Source: Squalus acanthias (taxonomy: Eukaryota). Taken from it: a stretch of DNA of 64,000 nucleotides. Below the pieces are notes generated by a model. It saw only the letters and a list, made by a program, of their open reading frames with translations. It was not told where the DNA came from and made no database searches. A program made the position numbers and the translations under genes. Below, in pieces: positions 49,101-64,000 of this stretch; position 1 is the stretch's first letter; each line of letters begins with the position of its first letter. The stretch is from positions 101,992,001 to 102,056,000 of the forward strand of contig CM059431.1 in assembly GCA_030390025.1 (NCBI GenBank), given 5' to 3'.

Positions 49101-52100
49101 TATTCCCGGTGTATTGATTGATTGACACATATTCCCGGTGTATTGATTGATTGACTCATATTCCTGGTGTATTGATTGATTGACACATATTCCAGGTGTA
49201 TTGATTGATTGACTCATATTCCCGGTGTATTGATTGATTGACACATATTCCCGGTGTATTGATTGATTGACTCATATTCCTGGTGTATTGATTGATTGAC
49301 ACATATTCCAGGTGTATTGATTGATTGACTCATATTCCCGGTGTATTGATTGATTGACTCATATTCCCGGTGTATTGATTGATTGACACAAATTCCCGGT
49401 GTTTTGATTGATTGACTCATATTCCCAATATATTGATTGACTCATATTCCCGATGTATTGATTGATTGACTCATATTCCAGGTGTATTGATTGATTGACT
49501 CATATTCCCGATGTATTGATTGACTCATATTCCCGGTGTATTGATTGATTGACTCATATTCCCGATGTATTGATTGACTCATATTCCCGGTATATTGATT
49601 GACTCATATTCCCGATGTATTGATTGATTGACTCATATTCCCGGTGTATTGATTGATTGACTCATATTCCCGGTGTATTGATTGACACATATTCCCGGTG
49701 TATTGATTGATTGACTCATATTCCCGGTGTATTGATTGATTGACACATATTCCCGGTGTATTGATTGACTCATATTCCCGATATATTGATTGACTCATAT
49801 TCCCGATGTATTGATTGATTGACTCATATTCCAGGTGTATTGATTGATTGACTCATATTCCCGATGTATTGATTGACTCATATTCTCGGTGTATTGATTG
49901 ATTGACTCATATTCCCGATGTATTGATTGACTCATATTCCCGGTATATTGATTGACTCATATTCCCGATGTATTGATTGATTGACTCATATTCCCGATGT
50001 ATTGATTGATTGACACATATTCCCGGTGTATTGATTGACACATATTCCCGGTGTATTGATTGATTGACTCATATTCCCGGTGTATTGATTGATTGACACA
50101 TATTCCCAGTGTATTGATTGATTGACACATATTCAGGTGTATTGATTGACAGATTTTCCCGGTGTATTGATTGATTGACACATATTCAGGTGTATTGATT
50201 GACACATATTCCCGGTGTATTGATTGATTGACACATATTCAGGTGTATTGATTGACACATATTCCCGGTGTATTGATTGATTGACACATATTCAGGTGTA
50301 TTGATTGATTGACTCATATTCCCAGTGTATTGATTGACACAAATTCCCGGTGTATTGATTGATTGACACATATTCAGGTGTATTGATTGATTGACTCATA
50401 TTCCCAGTGTATTGATTGACACATATTCCCGGTGTATTGATTGACACAAATTCCCGGTGTATTGATTGATTGACACATATTCCCGGTGTATTGATTGATT
50501 GACACATATTCAGGTGTATTGATTGACACATATTCCCGGTGTATTGATTGATTGACAAATATTCCCAGTTTATTGATTTACACATATTCCCAGTGTATTG
50601 ATTGACAGATATTCCCGGTGTATTGATTGAGTCATATTCCCGGTGTATTGATTGACACACATTCACGGTGAATTGATTGACAGATATTCCCGGTGTATTG
50701 ATTGACAGATATTCCCGGTGTATTGACTGACACATATTCCCAGTTTATTGATTGATTGACACATATTCCCGGTGTATTGATTGACATACTCCTGGTGTAT
50801 TGATTGATTGATTGACTCATATTCCCGGTGTATTGATTGACACATATTCCCAGTGTATTGATTGATTGACACATATTCCCGGTGTATTGATTGACATACT
50901 CCTGGTGTATTGATTGATTGATTGACACATATTCCCGCTGTATTGATTGACATACTCCTGGTGTATTGATTGATTGATTGACACATATTCCCGGTGTATT
51001 GATTGACATACTCCTGGTGTATTGATTGATTGATTGACACATATTCCCGGTGTATTGATTGACATACTCCTGGTGTATTTATTGATTGATTGACACATAT
51101 TCCCGGTGTATTGATTGACATACTCTGGTGTATTGATTGATTGATTGACTCATATTCCCAGTGTATTGATTGTCACAAATTCCCAGTTTATTGATTGACT
51201 CATATTCCCAGTTTATTGATTGACTCATATTCCCAGTGTATTGATTGACACATATTCCCGGTGTATTGATTGACACAAATTCCCGGTGTATTGATTGATT
51301 GACTCATATTCCTGGTGAATTGATTGATTGACTCATAATCCCGGTGAATTGATTGATTGACACATATTCCCGGTGTATTGATTGACAGATATTCCTGGTG
51401 TATTGATTGACACAAATTCCTGGTGTATTGATTGACACTTATTCCCGGTGGATTGATTGACACAATTTCCCAGTGTATTGATTGATTGACACATATTCCC
51501 GGAGTATTGATTGACACAAATTCCCAGTTTATTGATTGACACATATTCCTGGTGTATTGATTGACACATATTCCTGGTGTATTGATTGATTGACACATAT
51601 TCCCGGTGTATTGATTGACAGATATTCCTGGTGTATTGATTGACACAAATTCCTGGTGTATTGATTGACACTTATTCCCGGTGGATTGATTGACACAATT
51701 TCCCAGTGTATTGATTGATTGACACATATTCCCGGAGTATTGATTGACACAAATTCCCAGTTTATTGATTGACACATATTCCTGGTTGTATTGATTGACA
51801 CATATTCCTGGTGTATTGATTGACTCTCATTCCCAGTTTATTGATTGACTCATATTCCCGGTGAATTGATTGATTGACACATATTCCCGGTGAATTGATT
51901 GATTGACTCATATTCCCAGTTTATTGATTGACTCATATTCCCAGTGTATTGATTGACAGATATTCCTGGTGTATTGATTGAGTCATATTCCCGGTGTATT
52001 GATTGACACACATTCACGGTGAATTGATTGACAGATATTCCCGGTCTATTGATTGATTGACACACATTCCCAGTGTATTGATTGACAGATATTCCTGGTG

Positions 52101-55100
52101 TATTCATTGATTGACTCATATTCCCGGTGTATTGGTTGATTGACACAAATTCCCAGTTTATTGATTGACACATATTCCTGGTGTATTGATTGACACATAT
52201 TCCCGGTGTATTGATTGACACACATTCCTGGTGAATTGATTGACACATATTCCCGGTATATTGATTGATTGACAGATATTCCCGATGTATTGATTGACAC
52301 AAATTCCCAGTGGATTGTTTGATTGACACGAATTCCCGGTGAATTGATTGACACATATTCCCAGTGTATTGATTGATTGACACATATTCCCGGTGTATTG
52401 ATTGACTCATATTCCCGATGTATTGATTGACACACATTCCCGGTGTATTGATTGACACATATTCCCGGTGTATTGATTGACACATATTCCCGGTGTATTG
52501 ATTGATTGACACATATTCCCGGTGTATTGATTGACTCATATTCCCGGTGTATTGATTGACTCATATTCCCGGTGTATTGATTGACTCATATTCCCGGTGT
52601 ATTGATTGACTCATATTCCCGGTGTATTGATTGATTGACTCATATTCCCGATGTATTGATTGACTCATATTCCCGGTGTATTGATTGATTGACTCATATT
52701 CCCGGTATATTGATTGACTCATATTCCCGATGTATTGATTGATTGACTCATATTCCCGATGTATTGATTGACTCATCTTCCCGATGTATTGATTGATTGA
52801 CTCATATTCCCGGTGTATTGATTGACTCATATTCCCGGTGTATTGATTGACTCATATTCCCGATGTATTGATTGACTCATCTTCCCGATGTATTGATTGA
52901 TTGACTCATCTTCCCGATGTATTGATTGATTGACTCATATTCCCGGTGTATTGATTGATTGACTCATATTCCCGGTGTATTGATTGATTGACTCATATTC
53001 CCGATGTATTGATCGATTGACTCATATTCCCGATGTATTGATCGATTGACTCATATTCCCGGTGTATTGATTGATTGACTCATCTTCCCGATGTATTGAT
53101 TGATTGACTCATCTTCCCGATGTATTGATCGATTGACTCATATTCCTGGTGTATTGATTGATTGACTCATATTCCTGGTGTATTGATTGATTGACACAAA
53201 TTCCCAGTGTATTGATTGACACAAATTCCTGGTGTATTGATTGAATGGCTCATATTCCTGGTGTATTGATTGAATGGCTCATATTCCTGGTGTATTGATT
53301 GATTGAATCATATTCCCGGTGTATTGATTGACACAAATTCCTGGTGTATTGATTGATTGACTCATATTCCCAATGTATTGATTGACTCATATTCCCGGTG
53401 TATTGATTGATTGACTCATATTCCCGGTGTATTGATTGATTGACAGAAATTCCCGGTGTATTGATTGATTGACTCATATTCCCGGTGTATTGATTGACTC
53501 ATATTCCCGATATATTGATTGACTCATATTCCCGATGTATTGATTGATTGACTCATATTCCCGATGTATTGATTGACTCATATTCCCGGTGTATTGATTG
53601 ATTGACTCATATTCCAGGTGTATTGATTGATTGACTCATATTCCCGATGTATTGATTGACTCATATTCCCGGTGTATTGATTGATTGACTCATATTCCAG
53701 GTGTATTGATTGATTGACTCATATTCCAGGTGTATTGATTGATTGACTCATATTCCCGATGTATTGATTGACTCATATTCCCGGTATATTGATTGACTCA
53801 TATTCCCGGTATATTGATTGACTCATATTCCCGATGTATTGATTGACTCATATTCCCGGTGTATTGATTGATTGACTCATATTCCCGGTGTATTGATTGA
53901 TTGACTCATATTCCCAGTGTATTGATTGATTGACACATATTCCCGGTGTATTGACTGACACATATTCCCGGTCTATTGATTGATTGACACACATTCCCGG
54001 TGGACTGATTGACTGGCAAATTCCTAGTTTGTTGATTGTCACATATTCCCAGTGTATTGATTGATTGACTCATATTCCCGGTGTATTCATTGATTGACAC
54101 ATATTCCCGGTGTATTGACTGACACATATTCCCGGTCTATTGATTGATTGACACACATTCCCGGTGGACTGATTGATTGACACAAATTCCCGATGTATTG
54201 ATTGATTGACTCATATTCCCGGTGTATTGATTGACAGATATTCCCGGTGTATTGATTGATTGAAACATATTCCCAGTGTATTGATTGACAGATATTCCTG
54301 GTGTATTCATTGATTGACTCATATTCCCGGTGTATTGGTTGATTGACACAAATTCCCAGTTTATTGATTGACACATATTACTGGTGTATTGATTGACACA
54401 TATTCCCGGTATATTGATTGATTGACAGATATTCCCGATGTATTGATTGACACAAATTCCCAGTGGATTGTTTGATTGACACGAATTCCCGGTGAATTGA
54501 TTGACACATATTCCCAGTGTATTGATTGATTGACACATATTCCCAGTGTATTGATTGATTGACACATATTCCCGGTGTATTGATTGACTCATATTCCCGG
54601 TGTATTGATTGACTCATATTCCCGGTGTATTGATTGACTCATATTCCCGGTGTATTGATTGACTCATATTCCCGGTGTATTGATTGATTGACTCATATTC
54701 CCGATGTATTGATTGACTCATATTCCCGGTATATTGATTGACTCATATTCCCGATGTATTGATTGATTGACTCATATTCCCGATGTATTGATTGATTGAC
54801 ACATATTCCCGGTGTATTGATTGACACATATTCCCGGTGTATTGATTGATTGACTCATATTCCCGGTGTATTGATTGATTGACACATATTCCCGGTGTAT
54901 TGATTGATTGACACATATTCAGGTGTATTGATTGACAGATTTTCCCGGTGTATTGATTGATTGACACATATTCAGGTGTATTGATTGACACATATTCCCG
55001 GTGTATTGATTGATTGACACATATTCAGGTGTATTGATTGATTGACTCATATTCCCAGTGTATTGATTGACACAAATTCCCGGTGTATTGATTGATTGAC

Positions 55101-58100
55101 ACATATTCAGGTGTATTGATTGACAGATTTTCCCGGTGTATTGATTGATTGACACATATTCAGGTGTATTGATTGACACATATTCCCGGTGTATTGATTG
55201 ATTGACACATATTCAGGTGTATTGATTGATTGACTCATATTCCCAGTGTATTGATTGACACAAATTCCCGGTGTATTGATTGATTGACACATATTCAGGT
55301 GTATTGATTGATTGACTCATATTCCCAGTGTATTGATTGACACATATTCCCGGTGTATTGATTGACACAAATTCCCGGTGTATTGATTGATTGACACATA
55401 TTCCCGGTGTATTGATTGATTGACACATATTCAGGTGTATTGATTGACACATATTCCCGGTGTATTGATTGATTGACAAATATTCCCAGTTTATTGATTT
55501 ACACATATTCCCAGTGTATTGATTGACAGATATTCCCGGTGTATTGATTGAGTCATATTCCCGGTGTATTGATTGACACACATTCACGGTGAATTGATTG
55601 ACAGATATTCCCGGTGTATTGATTGACAGATATTCCCGGTGTATTGACTGACACATATTCCCAGTTTATTGATTGATTGACACATATTCCCGGTGTATTG
55701 ATTGACATACTCCTGGTGTATTGATTGATTGATTGACTCATATTCCCGGTGTATTGATTGACACATATTCCCAGTGTATTGATTGATTGACACATATTCC
55801 CGGTGTATTGATTGACATACTCCTGGTGTATTGATTGATTGATTGACACATATTCCCGCTGTATTGATTGACATACTCCTGGTGTATTGATTGATTGATT
55901 GACACATATTCCCGGTGTATTGATTGACATACTCCTGGTGTATTGATTGATTGATTGACACATATTCCCGGTGTATTGATTGACATACTCCTGGTGTATT
56001 GATTGATTGATTGACACATATTCCCGGTGTATTGATTGACATACTCTGGTGTATTGATTGATTGATTGACTCATATTCCCAGTGTATTGATTGTCACAAA
56101 TTCCCAGTTTATTGATTGACTCATATTCCCAGTTTATTGATTGACTCATATTCCCAGTGTATTGATTGACACATATTCCCGGTGTATTGATTGACACAAA
56201 TTCCCGGTGTATTGATTGATTGACTCATATTCCTGGTGAATTGATTGATTGACTCATATTCCCGGTGAATTGATTGATTGACACATATTCCCGGTGTATT
56301 GATTGACAGATATTCCTGGTGTATTGATTGACACAAATTCCTGGTGTATTGATTGACACTTATTCCCGGTGGATTGATTGACACAATTTCCCAGTGTATT
56401 GATTGATTGACACATATTCCCGGAGTATTGATTGACACAAATTCCCAGTTTATTGATTGACACATATTCCTGGTGTATTGATTGACACATATTCCTGGTG
56501 TATTGATTGACACATATTCCTGGTGTATTGATTGACTCTCATTCCCAGTTTATTGATTGACTCATATTCCCGGTGAATTGATTGATTGACACATATTCCC
56601 GGTGAATTGATTGATTGACTCATATTCCCAGTTTATTGATTGACTCATATTCCCAGTTTATTGATTGACACATATTCCCAGTGTATTGATTGACAGATAT
56701 TCCTGGTGTATTGATTGAGTCATATTCCCGGTGTATTGATTGACACACATTCACGGTGAATTGATTGACAGATATTCCCGGTCTATTGATTGATTGACAC
56801 ACATTCCCAGTGTATTGATTGACAGATATTCCTGGTGTATTCATTGATTGACTCATATTCCCGGTGTATTGGTTGATTGACACAAATTCCCAGTTTATTG
56901 ATTGACACATATTCCTGGTGTATTGATTGACACATATTCCCGGTGTATTGATTGACACACATTCCTGGTGAATTGATTGACACATATTCCCGGTATATTG
57001 ATTGATTGACAGATATTCCCGATGTATTGATTGACACAAATTCCCAGTGGATTGTTTGATTGACACGAATTCCCGGTGAATTGATTGACACATATTCCCA
57101 GTGTATTGATTGATTGACACATATTCCCGGTGTATTGATTGACTCATATTCCCGATGTATTGATTGACACACATTCCCGGTGTATTGATTGACACATATT
57201 CCCGGTGTATTGATTGACACATATTCCCGGTGTATTGATTGACTCATATTCCCGGTGAATTGATTGACTCATATTCCCGGTGTATTGGTTGATTGACTCA
57301 TATTCCCGGTGTATTGGTTGATTGACATATATTCCCGGTGTATTGATTGATTGACACATATTCCCGGTGTATTGATTGACTCATATTCCCGGTGTATTGA
57401 TTGACTCATATTCCCGGTGTATTGATTGACTCATATTCCCGGTGTATTGATTGACTCATATTCCCGGTGTATTGATTGATTGACTCATATTCCCGATGTA
57501 TTGATTGACTCATATTCCCGGTGTATTGATTGATTGACTCATATTCCCGGTATATTGATTGACTCATATTCCCGATGTATTGATTGATTGACTCATATTC
57601 CCGATGTATTGATTGACTCATCTTCCCGATGTATTGATTGATTGACTCATATTCCCGGTGTATTGATTGACTCATATTCCCGGTGTATTGATTGACTCAT
57701 ATTCCCGATGTATTGATTGACTCATCTTCCCGATGTATTGATTGATTGACTCATCTTCCCGATGTATTGATTGATTGACTCATATTCCCGGTGTATTGAT
57801 TGATTGACTCATATTCCCGGTGTATTGATTGACATACTCCTGGTGTATTGATTGATTGATTGACACATATTCCCGGTGTATTGATTGACATACTCTGGTG
57901 TATTGATTGATTGATTGACTCATATTCCCAGTGTATTGATTGTCACAAATTCCCAGTTTATTGATTGACTCATATTCCCAGTTTATTGATTGACTCATAT
58001 TCCCAGTGTATTGATTGACACATATTCCCGGTGTATTGATTGACACAAATTCCCGGTGTATTGATTGATTGACTCATATTCCTGGTGAATTGATTGATTG

Positions 58101-61100
58101 ACTCATATTCCCGGTGAATTGATTGATTGACACATATTCCCGGTGTATTGATTGACAGATATTCCTGGTGTATTGATTGACACAAATTCCCAGTGTATTG
58201 ATTGATTGACACATATTCCCGGTGTATTGATTGACAGATATTCCTGGTGTATTGATTGACACAAATTCCTGGTGTATTGATTGACACTTATTCCCGGTGG
58301 ATTGATTGACACAATTTCCCAGTGTATTGATTGATTGACACATATTCCCGGAGTATTGATTGACACAAATTCCCAGTTTATTGATTGACACATATTCCTG
58401 GTGTATTGATTGACACATATTCCTGGTGTATTGATTGACTCTCATTCCCAGTTTATTGATTGACTCATATTCCCGGTGAATTGATTGATTGACACATATT
58501 CCCGGTGAATTGATTGATTGACTCATATTCCCAGTTTATTGATTGACTCATATTCCCAGTGTATTGATTGACAGATATTCCTGGTGTATTGATTGAGTCA
58601 TATTCCCGGTGTATTGATTGACACACATTCACGGTGAATTGATTGACAGATATTCCCGGTCTATTGATTGATTGACACACATTCCCAGTGTATTGATTGA
58701 CAGATATTCCTGGTGTATTCATTGATTGACTCATATTCCCGGTGTATTGGTTGATTGACACAAATTCCCAGTTTATTGATTGACACATATTCCTGGTGTA
58801 TTGATTGACACATATTCCCGGTGTATTGATTGACACACATTCCTGGTGAATTGATTGACACATATTCCCGGTATATTGATTGATTGACAGATATTCCCGA
58901 TGTATTGATTGACACAAATTCCCAGTGGATTGTTTGATTGACACGAATTCCCGGTGAATTGATTGACACATATTCCCAGTGTATTGATTGATTGACACAT
59001 ATTCCCGGTGTATTGATTGACTCATATTCCCGATGTATTGATTGACACACATTCCCGGTGTATTGATTGACACATATTCCCGGTGTATTGATTGACACAT
59101 ATTCCCGGTGTATTGATTGACTCATATTCCCGGTGAATTGATTGACTCATATTCCCGGTGTATTGGTTGATTGACTCATATTCCCGGTGTATTGGTTGAT
59201 TGACATATATTCCCGGTGTATTGATTGATTGACACATATTCCCGGTGTATTGATTGACTCATATTCCCGGTGTATTGATTGACTCATATTCCCGGTGTAT
59301 TGATTGACTCATATTCCCGGTGTATTGATTGACTCATATTCCCGGTGTATTGATTGATTGACTCATATTCCCGATGTATTGATTGACTCATATTCCCGGT
59401 GTATTGATTGATTGACTCATATTCCCGGTATATTGATTGACTCATATTCCCGATGTATTGATTGATTGACTCATATTCCCGATGTATTGATTGACTCATC
59501 TTCCCGATGTATTGATTGATTGACTCATATTCCCGGTGTATTGATTGACTCATATTCCCGGTGTATTGATTGACTCATATTCCCGATGTATTGATTGACT
59601 CATCTTCCCGATGTATTGATTGATTGACTCATCTTCCCGATGTATTGATTGATTGACTCATATTCCCGGTGTATTGATCGATTGACTCATATTCCCGGTG
59701 TATTGATTGATTGACTCATATTCCCGATGTATTGATCGATTGACTCATATTCCCGATGTATTGATCGATTGACTCATATTCCCGGTGTATTGATTGATTG
59801 ACTCATCTTCCCGATGTATTGATTGATTGACTCATCTTCCCGATGTATTGATCGATTGACTCATATTCCTGGTGTATTGATTGATTGACTCATATTCCTG
59901 GTGTATTGATTGATTGACACAAATTCCCAGTGTATTGATTGACACAAATTCCTGGTGTATTGATTGAATGGCTCATATTCCTGGTGTATTGATTGAATGG
60001 CTCATATTCCTGGTGTATTGATTGATTGAATCATATTCCCGGTGTATTGATTGACACAAATTCCTGGTGTATTGATTGATTGACTCATATTCCCAATGTA
60101 TTGATTGACTCATATTCCCGGTGTATTGATTGATTGACTCATATTCCCGGTGTATTGATTGATTGACAGAAATTCCCGGTGTATTGATTGATTGACTCAT
60201 ATTCCCGGTGTATTGATTGACTCATATTCCCGATATATTGATTGACTCATATTCCCGATGTATTGATTGATTGACTCATATTCCCGATGTATTGATTGAC
60301 TCATATTCCCGGTGTATTGATTGATTGACTCATATTCCAGGTGTATTGATTGATTGACTCATATTCCCGATGTATTGATTGACTCATATTCCCGGTGTAT
60401 TGATTGATTGACTCATATTCCAGGTGTATTGATTGATTGACTCATATTCCAGGTGTATTGATTGATTGACTCATATTCCCGATGTATTGATTGACTCATA
60501 TTCCCGGTATATTGATTGACTCATATTCCCGATGTATTGATTGACTCATATTCCCGGTGTATTGATTGATTGACTCATATTCCCGGTGTATTGATTGATT
60601 GACTCATATTCCCAGTGTATTGATTGATTGACACATATTCCCGGTGTATTGACTGACACATATTCCCGGTCTATTGATTGATTGACACACATTCCCGGTG
60701 GACTGATTGACTGGCAAATTCCTAGTTTGTTGATTGTCACATATTCCCAGTGTATTGATTGATTGACTCATATTCCCGGTGTATTCATTGATTGACACAT
60801 ATTCCCGGTGTATTGACTGACACATATTCCCGGTCTATTGATTGATTGACACACATTCCCGGTGGACTGATTGATTGACACAAATTCCCGATGTATGGAT
60901 TGATTGACTCATATTCCCGGTGTATTGATTGACAGATATTCCCGGTGTATTGACTGACACATATTCCCAGTGAATTGATTGACACATATTCCCGGTGTAT
61001 TGATTGATTGAAACATATTCCCAGTGTATTGATTGACAGATATTCCTGGTGTATTCATTGATTGACTCATATTCCCGGTGTATTGGTTGATTGACACAAA

Positions 61101-64000
61101 TTCCCAGTTTATTGATTGACACATATTACTGGTGTATTGATTGACACATATTCCCGGTATATTGATTGATTGACAGATATTCCCGATGTATTGATTGACA
61201 CAAATTCCCAGTGGATTGTTTGATTGACACGAATTCCCGGTGAATTGATTGACACATATTCCCAGTGTATTGATTGATTGACACATATTCCCAGTGTATT
61301 GATTGATTGACACATATTCCCGGTGTATTGATTGACTCATATTCCCGATGTATTGATTGACACACATTCCAGGTGTATTGATTGACACATATTCCCGGTG
61401 TATTGATTGACACATATTCCCGGTGTATTGATTGACTCATATTCCCAGTTTATTGATTGACTCATATTCCCGGTGAATTGATTGATTGACTCATATTCCC
61501 GGTGAATTGATTGATTGACACATATTCCCGGTGGATTGTTTGATTGACACAAATTCCCGGTGGATTGATTGACTGACAAATTCCCAGTTTATTGATTAAC
61601 TCATATTCCCGGTGTATTGATTGATTGACTCATATTCCCGGTGTATTGATTGACTCATATTCCCAGTGTATTGATTGATTGACTCATATTCCCGGTGAAT
61701 TGATTGATTGACACAAATTCCTGGTGTATTGATTGATTGACACAAATTCCTGGTGTATTGATTGATTGACACATATTCCCGGTGTATTGATTAATTGTCT
61801 CATATTCCCGGTGAATTGATTGATTGCATCATATTCCCGGTGAATTGTTTGACTCATATTCCCGGTGAATTGATTGACTCATATTCCCGCGGGGTGAATT
61901 GATTGATTGACTCATATTCCCGGTGTATTGATTGATTGACACATATTCCCGGTGTATTGATTGACTCATATTCCCGGTGTATTGATTGATTGACTCATAT
62001 TCCTGGTGTATTGATTGATTGACTCATATTCCCAATGTATTGATTAACTCATATTCCCGGTGTATTGATTGACACATACTCCCGGTGTATTGATTGATTG
62101 ATTGACATATTCCCAGTGTATTGATTGATTGACACATATTCCTGGTGTATTGATACTCCCGGTGTATTGATTGAGTGACTCATATTCCCGGTGAATTGAT
62201 TGATTTATATTCCCGGTGTATTGATTGATTGACTCATATTCCTGGTGTATTGATTGACACATACTCCCGGTGTATTGATTGAGTGACTCATATTCCCGGT
62301 GAATTGATTGATTTATATTACCGGTGTATTGATTGATTGACTCATATTCCTGGTGTATTGATTGACAGATATCTGTGTATGATATCCTGTGTATTGATCC
62401 CTGTATTGATGAGTGCTCTATTAATTGAATGATTTATATCCCGGTGTATTGATGATTGACTCATTTCCTGGTGTAATTGACACATACTCCCGGTGTATTG
62501 ATTGATTGACTCATATTCCGGTGTATTGATTGATTACATATTCCCGGTGTATGATTGATTGACACATATTCCTGGTGATGATTGATTAAGATATTCCTGG
62601 TGTATTGATTGACTCATATTCCCGGTGTATTGTTGATTGAACATACGGTGTTGATGACACATATTCCGGTGTATGTGACAATATGTGTGATTGACACATA
62701 TTCCCGGTGTATTGATTTGACACATATTCCCGTGATTGTTGATTGACACAATTCGGTGATTGATTTGCAATTTGTTGATTGACTCATATTCCCGGTGTAT
62801 TGATTGATTGACTCATATTCCCGGTGTATTGATTGATTGACACATATTCCAGGTGCATTGATTGATTGACACATATTCCTGGTGTATTCATTGATTGACT
62901 CATATTCCCGGTGTATTGGTTGATTGACACAAATTCCCAGTTTATTGATTGATTGACACATATTCCAGGTGTATTGATTGATTGAAACATATTCCTGGTG
63001 TATTGATTGACTCATATTCCCAGTTTATTGATTGACGCATATTCCCGGTGAATTGATTGATTGACTCATATTCCTGGTGAATTGATTGACTCATATTCCC
63101 GGTGAATTGATTGACACATATTCCCGGTGTATTGATTGACAGATATTCCCGGTGTATTGATTGACATATATTCCCGGTGTATTGATTGACATATATTCCC
63201 AGTGAATTGATTGATTGACACAAATTTCCGGTGTATTGATTGACACACATTCCCAGTTTACTGATTGACTCATATTCCCGGTGTATTCATTGATTGACAG
63301 ATATTCCCGGAGTATTGACTGACACATATTCCCGGTGTATTGATTGACACTCATTCCCGGTGGATTGATTGATTGACACAAATTCCCGATGTATTGATTG
63401 ATTGACTCATATTCCCGGTGTATTCATTGATTGACACATATTCCCGGTGTATTGACTGACACATATTCCCAGTGTATTGATTGATTGACACATATTCCCG
63501 GTGTATTGATTGACACATATTCCCGGTGAATTGATTGATTGACACATATTCCCGGTGTATTAATTGACAGATATTCCTGGTGTATTGATTGACACATATT
63601 CCCGTTGTATTGATTGACACATATTCCCAGTGAACTGATTGATTGACACATATTCCAGGTGTATTGATTGATTGACACATATTCCTGGTGTATTCATTGA
63701 TTGACTCATATTCCCGGTGTATTGGTTGATTGACACAAATTCACAGTTTATTGATTGATTGACACATATTCCAGGTGTATTGATTGATTGACACAAATTC
63801 CTGATGTATTGATTGACAGATATTCCTGGTGTATTGATTGACACATACTCCCGGTGTATTGATTGATTGACTCATATTCCCAGTGAATTGATTGACTTAT
63901 ATTCCCGGTGTATTGATTGATTGACACATATTCCTGGTGTATTGATTGACAGATATTCCTGGTGTATTGATATTCCTGGTGTATTGATACTCCCGTTGTA
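43133..64000. repeat. Intronic satellite array, >20.8 kb, 25/29(/33)-bp unit
   Basis: Consensus GTGT(ATTG)2-4AC(T/A)CATATTCCCG, continuous to the window end; no TE insertion or exon seen inside. Confidence 0.98.

Noticed and set aside
43098..63844. Dozens of minus-strand ORFs (MCQSINTPGICVNQSIHREY...)
   Set aside because: Translations of the satellite in all three frames; an artefact of a stop-poor strand.

Overview
Eukaryotic DNA, most likely an elasmobranch (shark/ray), inferred from HE1-type V-SINE and SacSINE1-type DeuSINE copies. The + strand carries eight consecutive internal coding exons (equivalent to human exons 2-9) of the STE20-family kinase STK24/MST3. All have canonical GT-AG boundaries and splice into one open frame; the first exon and last exons lie outside the window. 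Introns are packed with CR1, L2 and RTE LINE fragments, SINEs, Penelope-like elements with minimal hammerhead ribozymes, a full-length Tigger/pogo transposon with an uninterrupted transposase ORF, and a MITE derived from it. From about 43.13 kb to the end, the intron after exon 9 is a >20 kb 25/29-bp satellite with kb-scale higher-order duplications. Main leads: (1) a 47-nt antisense copy of exon 7 sits about 700 nt downstream inside a CR1 fragment (templated insertion, candidate ADAR editing-complementary sequence); (2) one Penelope inverted repeat is inserted into the hammerhead core of another; (3) an in-frame acceptor could fuse the kinase N-lobe to the Tigger transposase; (4) exon 9 regenerates the upstream donor after splicing. 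Repeat family names come from recognition, not database searches, and repeat boundaries are approximate unless TSDs or TIRs are quoted.
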